Below, piece by piece: positions 37,958 to 46,472 of a stretch of 64,000 nt of DNA. The position numbers were made by a program, and so were the translations under genes. The notes below the pieces were generated by a model that was given only the letters and a program-made list of their open reading frames with translations, searched no databases and was not told where the DNA came from. The number at the start of each line of letters is the position of its first letter. Positions within the stretch are counted from its first letter, which is position 1. The stretch lies in IMG/VR virus record IMGVR_UViG_3300030380_003294; one strand, written 5' to 3'. The DNA comes from a virus.

Positions 37958-38040
37958 TAGGAGTGGGGGGACTTGAACCCCCACGACACAAGGTCAACAG
38001 ATTTTAAGTCTGGTGCGTCTACCGATTCCGCCACACTCCC
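37958..38040 (-). tRNA. trnL: tRNA-Leu(UAA)
   Basis: Acceptor stem GGGAGTG/CACTCCT, D-loop GGTAGA, anticodon loop CT-TAA-AA, long variable arm, GGTTCAAGTCC T-arm; CCA not encoded. Confidence 0.95.
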
Positions 38041-38094
38041 AATTTAGTCTTTAATGCTTTGAGTCGTTTTTTGGCAGCACGAAGTGCCTGAGGT

Positions 38095-38289
38095 TTAAGA
38101 TGCCTCTTCTGATCCTTCTTTGAATGTTTTTGCCAGTTCGGTAGGTACATCTTGGGGATGAAATTGACAGTATTCGTTAAAGGTGATTTTCATCTCCTTA
38201 GTAGTCAGGTTACAATGTTCTGCTGCTTTTGGCAAGTTCCATCTAGCATGGAATAGCATTTCCATTGATTTTCTAGTCTCTGGTCTCAT
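38095..38289 (-). CDS. Small HTH-like hypothetical protein
   Basis: WNLPKAAEHCNLTTKEMKITF. Confidence 0.65.
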   Translation of the reverse strand: MRPETRKSMEMLFHARWNLPKAAEHCNLTTKEMKITFNEYCQFHPQDVPTELAKTFKEGSEEAS

Positions 38290-38437
38290 ATTCTGGTTTT
38301 AACTGATGATAAACAAGAACAAATGCTTCACAACGAGGACAAGTTAGATTAGTTTCTATCTCGTACTCAAAATCTTCGGGGCATTCATTATCTCCACCCC
38401 AAATAAGATTTGGGAAACCGCATGACCAACAATTCAT
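38273..38437 (-). CDS. Small zinc-ribbon protein (54 aa)
   Basis: Manual translation MNCWSCGFPNLIWGGD...TNLTCPRCEAFVLVY. Confidence 0.65.
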   Translation of the reverse strand: MNCWSCGFPNLIWGGDNECPEDFEYEIETNLTCPRCEAFVLVYHQLKPEYETRD

Positions 38438-38509
38438 TTCTTAAACACTCCCAACTTTGCGAGAATGTATACTCCTAGAACTGTCCAGAATACGATTTCT
38501 AATCCTATG

Positions 38510-38734
38510 TTATTCACTTAATCCTGGTGCCTCCATGAATGATTTTCGGAATTCTTCAACTTGATCTTGAATTTCTTCGGGAACTGGTGGTACCTCATTT
38601 ACAGGAACCATCATAGCAGACTTCCCGTCAGGACGAGTGATTTTCCAACAAACACGTTGCGTTTCACAAAGATCCATAATAAAGTCGAAGTGATCTTCTG
38701 CTTGACGCAAAGTAATTCCAATAGGTCCAATCAT
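38510..38734 (-). CDS. Phd/YefM antitoxin-like protein
   Basis: ITLRQAEDHFDFIMDLC...WKITRPDGKSAMMVPV matches the Phd DNA-binding pattern. Confidence 0.55.
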   Translation of the reverse strand: MIGPIGITLRQAEDHFDFIMDLCETQRVCWKITRPDGKSAMMVPVNEVPPVPEEIQDQVEEFRKSFMEAPGLSE

Positions 38735-38928
38735 TGTTCAGCAAAACAGTAAGTGATCATGTCATGGTCAACGGTGTCTTGAATAGCACTGATGATTTCT
38801 GCAAAACCCTCAGCACCTTCCTTATTCCATTGCCACTCGATAGTCCTGTCAAATCCCTCGTTGTCCATGAGTTTCACAGACCTTTTGGAAAAATTGACAA
38901 AGACATGTTCCAACCAAGTGTCGTTCAT
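38731..38928 (-). CDS. Hypothetical protein
   Basis: 65-aa ORF behind a sigma70 promoter and GGAG RBS. Confidence 0.65.
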   Translation of the reverse strand: MNDTWLEHVFVNFSKRSVKLMDNEGFDRTIEWQWNKEGAEGFAEIISAIQDTVDHDMITYCFAEQ

Positions 38929-38947
38929 AATTCTCCTGTACCTATGT

Positions 38948-38976
38948 AGTATAACAGACCCTTAGACCCCTGTCAA
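38948..38976 (-). promoter_or_regulatory. Sigma70-type promoter TTGACA-17-TATACT
   Basis: Near-consensus. Confidence 0.75.
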
Positions 38977-38977
38977 G

Positions 38978-41503
38978 TCAATTTAGGTAGATATTGCTAC
39001 CAGTCAGTTTCATAACTGCACCTGCCTTCAGGGTCATGGCAGCACCTGATGTGATAGATGCTGCAGTGGTGCATGCCATTGTCATAGCACCTGCTTTAAC
39101 ATTAACATTGAATAGACCTGTAGTCACTACATTATTATAACCTGGTGCTCCAGAAGTCACCGTTACAGGACCAAGTTCATTCAATAGGGTATTAGTCGGA
39201 ACTGGTCTAGTCTTAGAGGGAAATTGTTTAGTTGTAATGTCTCCGAAACAAGTAGTAAAAACTCCTGGTGCAGGAATCGTTGATGTTGGATCAGTATTGA
39301 TCATCTGGTTTAACACAGGAGTCGCAAGGTTGATAACACTATTACCAGACAATACAAGTTCATTACCACTCATCTTTTGAAGTTTACATGAGTTTTCATA
39401 GATAGATCCAGTAAACTTAGTATTATTAGCACCATTACTAAATTCTGCTCCTTGCAATGTTAAAGCAGCACCCGCAGTTTTAACATCTACATCTGAGTTA
39501 AATGAAATTGTGTGTTTCTGAATCTTGCTGCTCTTTTTCTTACCGTTTTTATCTACTGTTTTAGGTGCACCAGATGCGTTGAGGAAGAAACCTCCACCAA
39601 CTTCAAGATGGCAGTCACCAGTAATCTTCAGACGATAATCACCTTCTACGTTTAGAACAGTATCACCATCTACAGTTGTACAATCGTCACCCATAACATC
39701 TACGGTGTGATTTCCTGCGTAACTAGAGTGATCGGCAACTAAGTTACCAGTATCATCTTTAGTATTACCTCGGTTAGTCTTTTTATATGCTTCAAGTTTC
39801 TTTTCTACCTCTGCCTCTGAAATGTCTGCATTACTTTCTCTAAGTTTTTTCAGAAATGTCCACTCTGCAAAAGTGTTGTTATTGATGTTATAAGAAGAGT
39901 GAGTAGTTCCACTAGGTTCCCTCATGACATGTGCCTGACGACCTGGGGTTCCTACATGGTGATCAAATGAACCATCAACAAATGTTTTTGCTACTTGTAG
40001 ATATGGATCTGCTTTTGTAAAGATTTGATCAAGAATACCACCTGCAGCACTATCACCTTCACAACTTCCTCTATTACTACCTCGAATTTTATTGATATTT
40101 TCTAATTCTTCGTCACTACAGTTGGTAACACCGAATAATGGGAAGTAACCATGACTATCAGCACCTCCATCAGGTTTTCTATCGCATCCACCACCAAGAA
40201 ACTTAACGAATAGAGAAAGGAGACCCGAAAGACCAGTAAGTCCGTTTTGAAAGAAGTCATTTCCTGCATCAAAGATACCAGAACCTTTTTCCCAGTTGTT
40301 GATGATGTCTTGTGCACCGCTGACTGCACTAACTGTTGTTTTTACAGCAGAAATTACCTTTTTAAGATCATTAAGAACTTTTTGTACATTACATACGATA
40401 CTATCAATGGTTTCTTGCACACCTTGCATTACCATTTCTGCTTTACTGATAGCACCCTCTAACATTCCCGAAATTAAACCAGTGATAGATCCAACAGGAT
40501 CTGAAATAAAACTAGTAATTTGACTATCAAAGATACAGAGTTGTGATAAAATCTGTTGTACCGCAGTTTGAATCAACCCCATTTGTAAAAATGGAACTCC
40601 TGGTGCAAGTTTGGAAAAGTCTAGTAGACCACCCAACTTTTCAGCAAGTGCTGATGTTGATTCTCTAATCGCAGAGATGATTTGAGTGAAGATTGCACCC
40701 AAGAAATTTTGTAGTTTTGCTGTAAGTTTCTCAATAGTTACAACTTTACCTGATACAATGTCAAGAAAATCTCCATCTTCTGTTGCAATCAGTGTACCTG
40801 CTGTATCAGCAATATCCTCCAACAGGTAGTTTAATTTTGCTTCTACAGATTTCCATGGTCCACCTACACCATTTGCAGTAGGGATTGGTTTACTAGGTGA
40901 TCTTGGTTTTGTTGGATTACCAGAGGATCCTGGGAGGTGTACACCTATATTATTAGGTGATCCTGGACCTGCAGGTTCTGGTGATACTTTACTTCCAGGA
41001 TTTTTTACAGCATTTGATCCAGAAGCATTCTCCTTATTATTGACTTTATTACTATTAGGATCTGCAGTCCTTCTAAGTGCAGGGTTCACCTGAGGACCTT
41101 CCATTGCTTCACCTGTTAAGGTGAATTGATGCTTTTTACCACTCGCAAGACTTTTTTGAATACGCAAAACACCAATAACAATCGGCATTTGAGCAGATTC
41201 TCCATCCATGAAGAATCCCATAACAATCGCACCAGGTTGAAGTTGTCCTGCACTCTCACCCTGACCATCATTACCTGCCTGAGAAGTATGTTGTAATACT
41301 GTTGCCCATGGTAATTCGTCTGTAGGTAAGTCAGCAACCGTACCACCTCTCACATTAGTGTAATATCCGAGCACACGAACCTTACACCGACCGAGTTCCA
41401 TCGGGTCTTCATTGTCTTCAACTTCTCCAACCCACCAATAAAATCCGTCTTTACCAACGAAATTTACTGTAGGTTCATTGAGAATCCCTTCAACTGTGTT
41501 CAT
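38978..41503 (-). CDS. gp5: Baseplate hub/central spike gp5
   Basis: FYWWVGEVED..DP..LGRCKVRVLG...DELPWA...GFFMDG..AQMP OB-fold; C-terminal beta-helix repeats. Confidence 0.9.
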   Translation of the reverse strand: MNTVEGILNEPTVNFVGKDGFYWWVGEVEDNEDPMELGRCKVRVLGYYTNVRGGTVADLPTDELPWATVLQHTSQAGNDGQGESAGQLQPGAIVMGFFMDGESAQMPIVIGVLRIQKSLASGKKHQFTLTGEAMEGPQVNPALRRTADPNSNKVNNKENASGSNAVKNPGSKVSPEPAGPGSPNNIGVHLPGSSGNPTKPRSPSKPIPTANGVGGPWKSVEAKLNYLLEDIADTAGTLIATEDGDFLDIVSGKVVTIEKLTAKLQNFLGAIFTQIISAIRESTSALAEKLGGLLDFSKLAPGVPFLQMGLIQTAVQQILSQLCIFDSQITSFISDPVGSITGLISGMLEGAISKAEMVMQGVQETIDSIVCNVQKVLNDLKKVISAVKTTVSAVSGAQDIINNWEKGSGIFDAGNDFFQNGLTGLSGLLSLFVKFLGGGCDRKPDGGADSHGYFPLFGVTNCSDEELENINKIRGSNRGSCEGDSAAGGILDQIFTKADPYLQVAKTFVDGSFDHHVGTPGRQAHVMREPSGTTHSSYNINNNTFAEWTFLKKLRESNADISEAEVEKKLEAYKKTNRGNTKDDTGNLVADHSSYAGNHTVDVMGDDCTTVDGDTVLNVEGDYRLKITGDCHLEVGGGFFLNASGAPKTVDKNGKKKSSKIQKHTISFNSDVDVKTAGAALTLQGAEFSNGANNTKFTGSIYENSCKLQKMSGNELVLSGNSVINLATPVLNQMINTDPTSTIPAPGVFTTCFGDITTKQFPSKTRPVPTNTLLNELGPVTVTSGAPGYNNVVTTGLFNVNVKAGAMTMACTTAASITSGAAMTLKAGAVMKLTGSNIYLN

Positions 41504-41547
41504 CTATCTTGAGATTTTTGATTATTTATGGAAAAACCTTGGAGGTT

Positions 41548-41570
41548 AAAATTTTGGCGGGATTTTTTTG
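41548..41570. repeat. 23-bp intergenic A/T-tract element (copy 1)
   Basis: aaaattttggcgggatttttttg, identical to 53790-53812. Confidence 0.85.
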
Positions 41571-41585
41571 CCCCGATTTTTGAAA

Positions 41586-42035
41586 CTAAAAGGCGATTTT
41601 GGTTTTGACAAACTTATAGGTTTCTTTACTACCCCAGATCATCTTACCATCAACATACCCTTGGTCACAACTATGTAACTTGTCACCGAAGAGTGACATC
41701 TGTGATTTGATTTCAACTCCATTAGCAATACAATTTCCCACTACAGAACCGTGCCATGCGTTACCATCAAATGTAAACAGCATACCACACTCTTCAGATT
41801 TTGTCCACTCTAAATCGTAATTCTCTATTAATACTTCAGTGTCTGATATTATTACCTTCTTGTGATATCTTTTTCTATATGGTTTACTTGGACCGTCAAC
41901 TCTATAGTAATTTTGAGACTGAAAACCCCCTTCTATCTCTTGCCAATGCATGTAAATTGATGCATAGGCATGGGGATTCGCTTGTGCTTGTGCTATGTTA
42001 TTCCAGAGTCCTAAAAGGTAAGACTCAATCGTCAT
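41586..42035 (-). CDS. cpeT: CpcT/CpeT-type phycobilin lyase
   Basis: GLWNNIAQAQANP, PYRKR and DQGY..G..IWGS motifs. Confidence 0.85.
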   Translation of the reverse strand: MTIESYLLGLWNNIAQAQANPHAYASIYMHWQEIEGGFQSQNYYRVDGPSKPYRKRYHKKVIISDTEVLIENYDLEWTKSEECGMLFTFDGNAWHGSVVGNCIANGVEIKSQMSLFGDKLHSCDQGYVDGKMIWGSKETYKFVKTKIAF

Positions 42036-42252
42036 AGATTAGGCATTCTGGTTCGTCAGGATGCACTTCACAAAATAGTTCAAGCGCAGTTGGATCATGG
42101 TGATCACCCTCTGCAATCTCGTGGCGATGATTATGAGCATAAACTTCTAACTCATGCAACTCTTCAGTAATGTGTCTGCGAGATGCAGGAGATGTCATCG
42201 GATTGTCTAGGATGTCTTGATCTTTTTGGATGTGTTCTTCTAGTGTTTTCAT
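42025..42252 (-). CDS. cp12: CP12 Calvin-cycle inhibitor
   Basis: C-terminal LELFCEVHPDEPECLIYDD. Confidence 0.92.
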   Translation of the reverse strand: MKTLEEHIQKDQDILDNPMTSPASRRHITEELHELEVYAHNHRHEIAEGDHHDPTALELFCEVHPDEPECLIYDD

Positions 42253-42282
42253 GTTAGTACCTTAGTAGTACAAAACTATTTA

Positions 42283-43683
42283 TCAACTAACAGCGTCCTT
42301 CATGAGGAGCATTTCCGAAGAAAATGTATCAGATGATCCTTTATGAGCAATCGTAACAATCATGTAACGACCACTATACCTCTTATCTCTCTTAATCTTA
42401 TCACCAGATTTTACTGTAGATGGTAAGGTAACATCGATACCAGAACCTGCATAGAGGTCCAGATTTCCAGGAATTGAGATTTGTAGTTTTGTGTTTTTTA
42501 GTGATTCCATTCTCATCCATTGATATGCTTGCAACTCTACGAGTGCTTCATAATTTTTGGAGGAACTTCTGTTCAAACCAGGTATGTAGTTATACCACTT
42601 CTTATCGAAGATTTGGTTTGGAAGTATACTATAACGTACCCTCTTAGGGTTGTCAATAAGATTTTTGGTTTCATTATCAAGTCGTGACACAGGGTTGACT
42701 GCCTTCTTTCCACCCAAGTGTGACATTGATTTCCAGATATCATTAATATTATAGTTGAAACTTGCTCCTGCTAAGTCTGGACTCTTACCACCCCATCTAG
42801 ATTGATTGATTGTTACAGGATCAAACCCCACACTGTATCCTGACCACGCACCATGCCTCAATCCCATCAAAAAGTTTTTCTCCTCTGGGAATGATACAGT
42901 ATCAATTTTATACTGGTCTGTTGCTCCATTACCTACCCTCTTTAAAGAAAGAGAATAACTATACAATCTTGTTTTACCTGTTTTTTCATCAGTTTTGGTA
43001 TCACCATCCTGATCATTGATATCATCAATCATACCATCAATAGATTTGAAGTGATAACCTAATGCATTTTCAAAGAATGTGTACCCGTTTTGATAACTAC
43101 CACCCGTTTTCTTTTTTCTGACTGTTCTCTGGGTAATCCAATAGATTGTATCTAAAGGTCTCCAGTTTGGTGCTATAAACTTATGTTTGGTTAAACTATC
43201 CTCTGCAAATACTTTTTTCTCACTTCCAAGAAACATAGTGTTTCCCACTAATGTTTTGACAATATCAGTTGCTTCAATACCAGTCTTTTTAAAGATTACT
43301 TCTGAGTTTCCAAAAACATTTGCTGCTTCATTCTTAATATATTCATCAGAACATGCATGAATAATAAATGCATCAGTAGTTTGAGTAACTCTACTTCTAC
43401 TACTAATGTTGTATGATCTAAAAGAATACTTTCTCGTAACAACACTTCCTTTAACTTCAAACCTAATCAGTTCAGATCCAGTAAAAACATTTGAAAGACC
43501 TGCACTATCTTCAAAGATAAACATTGCCTCGATTGTTGCAGACTCAATGCTCTCGTAGATCTCCCAAGTTTTGAGAAAGGTGATTAAATTATATCCACCA
43601 TCTTTAGTTGTAAGTTTTTCTCCATCTCTCTCAAGAGAAATTGTGACAGTACAATCACCCGCATTTACTCTTTTAATACTCAT
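42283..43683 (-). CDS. Baseplate hub protein (gp27-like)
   Basis: IYESIE, FFENALGYHFKSIDGM, IPGNLDLYAG and YSGRYMI motifs; located between the tape-measure genes and gp5. Confidence 0.7.
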   Translation of the reverse strand: MSIKRVNAGDCTVTISLERDGEKLTTKDGGYNLITFLKTWEIYESIESATIEAMFIFEDSAGLSNVFTGSELIRFEVKGSVVTRKYSFRSYNISSRSRVTQTTDAFIIHACSDEYIKNEAANVFGNSEVIFKKTGIEATDIVKTLVGNTMFLGSEKKVFAEDSLTKHKFIAPNWRPLDTIYWITQRTVRKKKTGGSYQNGYTFFENALGYHFKSIDGMIDDINDQDGDTKTDEKTGKTRLYSYSLSLKRVGNGATDQYKIDTVSFPEEKNFLMGLRHGAWSGYSVGFDPVTINQSRWGGKSPDLAGASFNYNINDIWKSMSHLGGKKAVNPVSRLDNETKNLIDNPKRVRYSILPNQIFDKKWYNYIPGLNRSSSKNYEALVELQAYQWMRMESLKNTKLQISIPGNLDLYAGSGIDVTLPSTVKSGDKIKRDKRYSGRYMIVTIAHKGSSDTFSSEMLLMKDAVS

Positions 43684-46472
43684 CGTAAAAGACCTCTCAT
43701 AAAGTTGTTGTTGGAATTAAGAGCATATGCTGTGCTTTTTAACACACCATTCATATTTACAGTTCCTACACCAGGTAAACTATTTACCGATGTCGAACCT
43801 CCTCCTCCACCACCTGACGCACCTGCTAGACCTTCTTGTGCTTGATTGACAGCATTAGCAGTCGCAGCATTAGATGATCTCACTGTTGTTGCTGCAGCAG
43901 TTACAGCATTAGTTACGCCTTCTTTGAATTGTTTTCTTGATTCATTTCTATCTGAAGTTGCCTGTGTTAATGCTCCTGATCCGCTTGAAGCAGATCCAAA
44001 CTGACTGGAAACTCCTGCTCCCATTCTCTCTTCTATACTCTTTGCACTAGAGGGTTTGCCAAGACCCAAAGTATTAATCAGTTTTACTGTATTGTTTGCA
44101 GCACCACCACCCTCAGAGTCAGAACCACTAGTGGTATCATCTGCTGAAGAAGTATCAATAGTACCATCATACCCAAGTGTATTATTGGCAGGGTGTGTTA
44201 GTGCAACAACTCCTGTAGTTCCTGCTCCATACACAGAAGCAACTCCCTTATAACGACCATTCTGCCAGTGTCCACTCCAAAGTTTCATTCCACCATTCTT
44301 AGCAATAGCAGAGTCATTGCCACTTGAACTGCGAGCAGCGTTCCAATTAGAATGCCTAGTGGTGAAGATCAAGGCACCAGAGGGAATCTTTTTATCCTTA
44401 ACACTCTTCGCCCATTCATCCTTATTCATCACATTAACATTTGCATTTCCATAAGGAGATTTAATTTTAAACGGTTTACCAAGACCTTCAATGGATCCCC
44501 ATTTAAAACGATTGATTGCCTGTGACATCAGACCCCTAGGGTTATTACGATCTTTACTGGTATAGACACTTGGATGTCCGATGTTTGCTCCAACTTTTTC
44601 TGCTGTCAATATAACACCAGTAGTACATTGTCCTCTAGCTGCATTAGCAAGAGGAGTATTATCACCCAATTTACCAAGTTCACCACCTGCTGCCATCTCC
44701 TTCATTTTCATGAACTGTTTTTTTCTCCTCTCCATTCGAGTATCTAGAGGTCGTCCAGTCTTCGGATCGTACTCACCACCACCGTCAAAGAGTCCTATGC
44801 CTTTGATTGCACTAAGGAACTTATTGGCAAGTCCTCCAAAGAACCCCGTGTTTCCCTGTTCGGCATCTTCAGTTCTATTTCTTGCACCACTATCAGTACG
44901 TCCAGTGCTATCTCCACTAATATATGCAGGACCACTGCTAACACCTTTCGATTGCATCAATTCGATCAACTTCTTAGGGTAAGTAGGATCTGTAGCATAA
45001 CCTTCAGACTTCAGCATTGCTGCTGCTTCATTAGGACTACCCGCATTGTTGACACCTTTATATCCTTTGTAATCTTTATACCACTGAGTTACAAGATGAC
45101 CAACAGCATCCTGAGGTGTGTCGAAGTTTTTGAAGTTAGCGTTGATATAAACGTCTTTACCATTGATAACTTCTCTAGTTCTCTGATTTGCTGAAGATTC
45201 GCCACCAGTTGCTTTGATTCCAAAGAAATTGTTTTTAGCAGACAAAGCTGATCCCCATCCACTTTCTAGTGCCCACTGAGCACTGACGAGTTGCGGATAC
45301 TTTGCACCCTTCTCCTTACCCCACTCAGTGAATTTGTCCCATCCTTCTTGTCTCGTTACCTCTCCACCTTCAGCATAACCTAGTCTCTTTGCCTCTGCCT
45401 GTCTCATGGCAGTCAAACCAGGATTCTTACGGGTTGCAGGAGTATCATACGGTGTGACAAATGCTTGTCCACCTGCTGATTTCATAGAAACATACTCTGT
45501 CCCATGACCAATGAATGCTGTAGATTTACCACCATCAAGTGATACAGGGTATCCAGACTGAGGACCTTGAATCCAACCACCCTTAGAATATCCTTTAACT
45601 ATACCACCCTTTGCTTTCCCTTCTTTCTTGTCATCATCATTAGATGGGTTAGCACCATCTCCAGAGTCCCCACTTGATTTTGTTAACTGATTAATAGCAA
45701 CCGTGCTTACGATAGTTGCTCCTACTCCTACTGCTAGTTTCTTCCAAGAAGCACCTCTGCTTCCAGGCATGCGTGGGCCAGCACCTTTAGTCAGAATTCT
45801 TACTAGTGTTCTTGCTGCAGTTGTAATATCTTTTGCAAGTTTAACTGGATTAGTTAACCAACGCAAACCTAGGAATAGAGAACCTATACCTATGATTGCC
45901 TTACCAAATCCAATAGTTTTTTCCCACCAAGAAGTATCATCAGACAGTAACATGTACAGTCCGTCAATAGTCTGGGTAATTCCAAACTTTGCCCAGTCAA
46001 ATATAAACTTACCGATAGCACCAATGACTTCAATAATCTTTACAACTTTAGATTGATTTTCGTCCTTTGATAACCAACTAAGAGCAGGTAAAATAATCAA
46101 TCCCTTGAATAGATTACCCAGTAATCCTAAGAGTCCTTCAAGAAATCCACCACCTTTTTTCAGTATCCCTTTAGCAACTTTGCCCATGATACTACCTTTC
46201 TTGGTCTTCCCATACTTGGGATCCATCTTAGGTTTATTCTTGTTTAAATCTTCAAGTCTTTCTAGTTCTACCTTTTTTAGATCAGCAACAATACCTGCCA
46301 TGCCATTGATAGTGGCACCTAAATTATTAATTGCTTCAGTGCTTTTGTTTAAACTTACCGTTGTCGCATACTCGCCAGGATCTTTCTTCTCTAAATCAGA
46401 AGGCGGTTCCTTAACATTTACAAACTTGTAAAAGTTAATCTTCGATGATTTTTGTACTGCTGCCTTTGCCAT
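43680..46472 (-). CDS. Tape-measure-like virion protein with a GH73 (FlgJ-like) muralytic domain
   Basis: Hydrophobic Gly/Ala-rich N-half; AQWALESGWG...NNFFGIKA...GYATDPTY glucosaminidase motifs. Confidence 0.75.
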   Translation of the reverse strand: MAKAAVQKSSKINFYKFVNVKEPPSDLEKKDPGEYATTVSLNKSTEAINNLGATINGMAGIVADLKKVELERLEDLNKNKPKMDPKYGKTKKGSIMGKVAKGILKKGGGFLEGLLGLLGNLFKGLIILPALSWLSKDENQSKVVKIIEVIGAIGKFIFDWAKFGITQTIDGLYMLLSDDTSWWEKTIGFGKAIIGIGSLFLGLRWLTNPVKLAKDITTAARTLVRILTKGAGPRMPGSRGASWKKLAVGVGATIVSTVAINQLTKSSGDSGDGANPSNDDDKKEGKAKGGIVKGYSKGGWIQGPQSGYPVSLDGGKSTAFIGHGTEYVSMKSAGGQAFVTPYDTPATRKNPGLTAMRQAEAKRLGYAEGGEVTRQEGWDKFTEWGKEKGAKYPQLVSAQWALESGWGSALSAKNNFFGIKATGGESSANQRTREVINGKDVYINANFKNFDTPQDAVGHLVTQWYKDYKGYKGVNNAGSPNEAAAMLKSEGYATDPTYPKKLIELMQSKGVSSGPAYISGDSTGRTDSGARNRTEDAEQGNTGFFGGLANKFLSAIKGIGLFDGGGEYDPKTGRPLDTRMERRKKQFMKMKEMAAGGELGKLGDNTPLANAARGQCTTGVILTAEKVGANIGHPSVYTSKDRNNPRGLMSQAINRFKWGSIEGLGKPFKIKSPYGNANVNVMNKDEWAKSVKDKKIPSGALIFTTRHSNWNAARSSSGNDSAIAKNGGMKLWSGHWQNGRYKGVASVYGAGTTGVVALTHPANNTLGYDGTIDTSSADDTTSGSDSEGGGAANNTVKLINTLGLGKPSSAKSIEERMGAGVSSQFGSASSGSGALTQATSDRNESRKQFKEGVTNAVTAAATTVRSSNAATANAVNQAQEGLAGASGGGGGGSTSVNSLPGVGTVNMNGVLKSTAYALNSNNNFMRGLLR

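Noticed and set aside
37958-38040. Phage tRNA-Leu(UAA) as the substrate of the U32-methyltransferase
   Set aside because: It is 14 kb away, and xo5U-type wobble modification on a split-box UAA anticodon would misread Phe codons.
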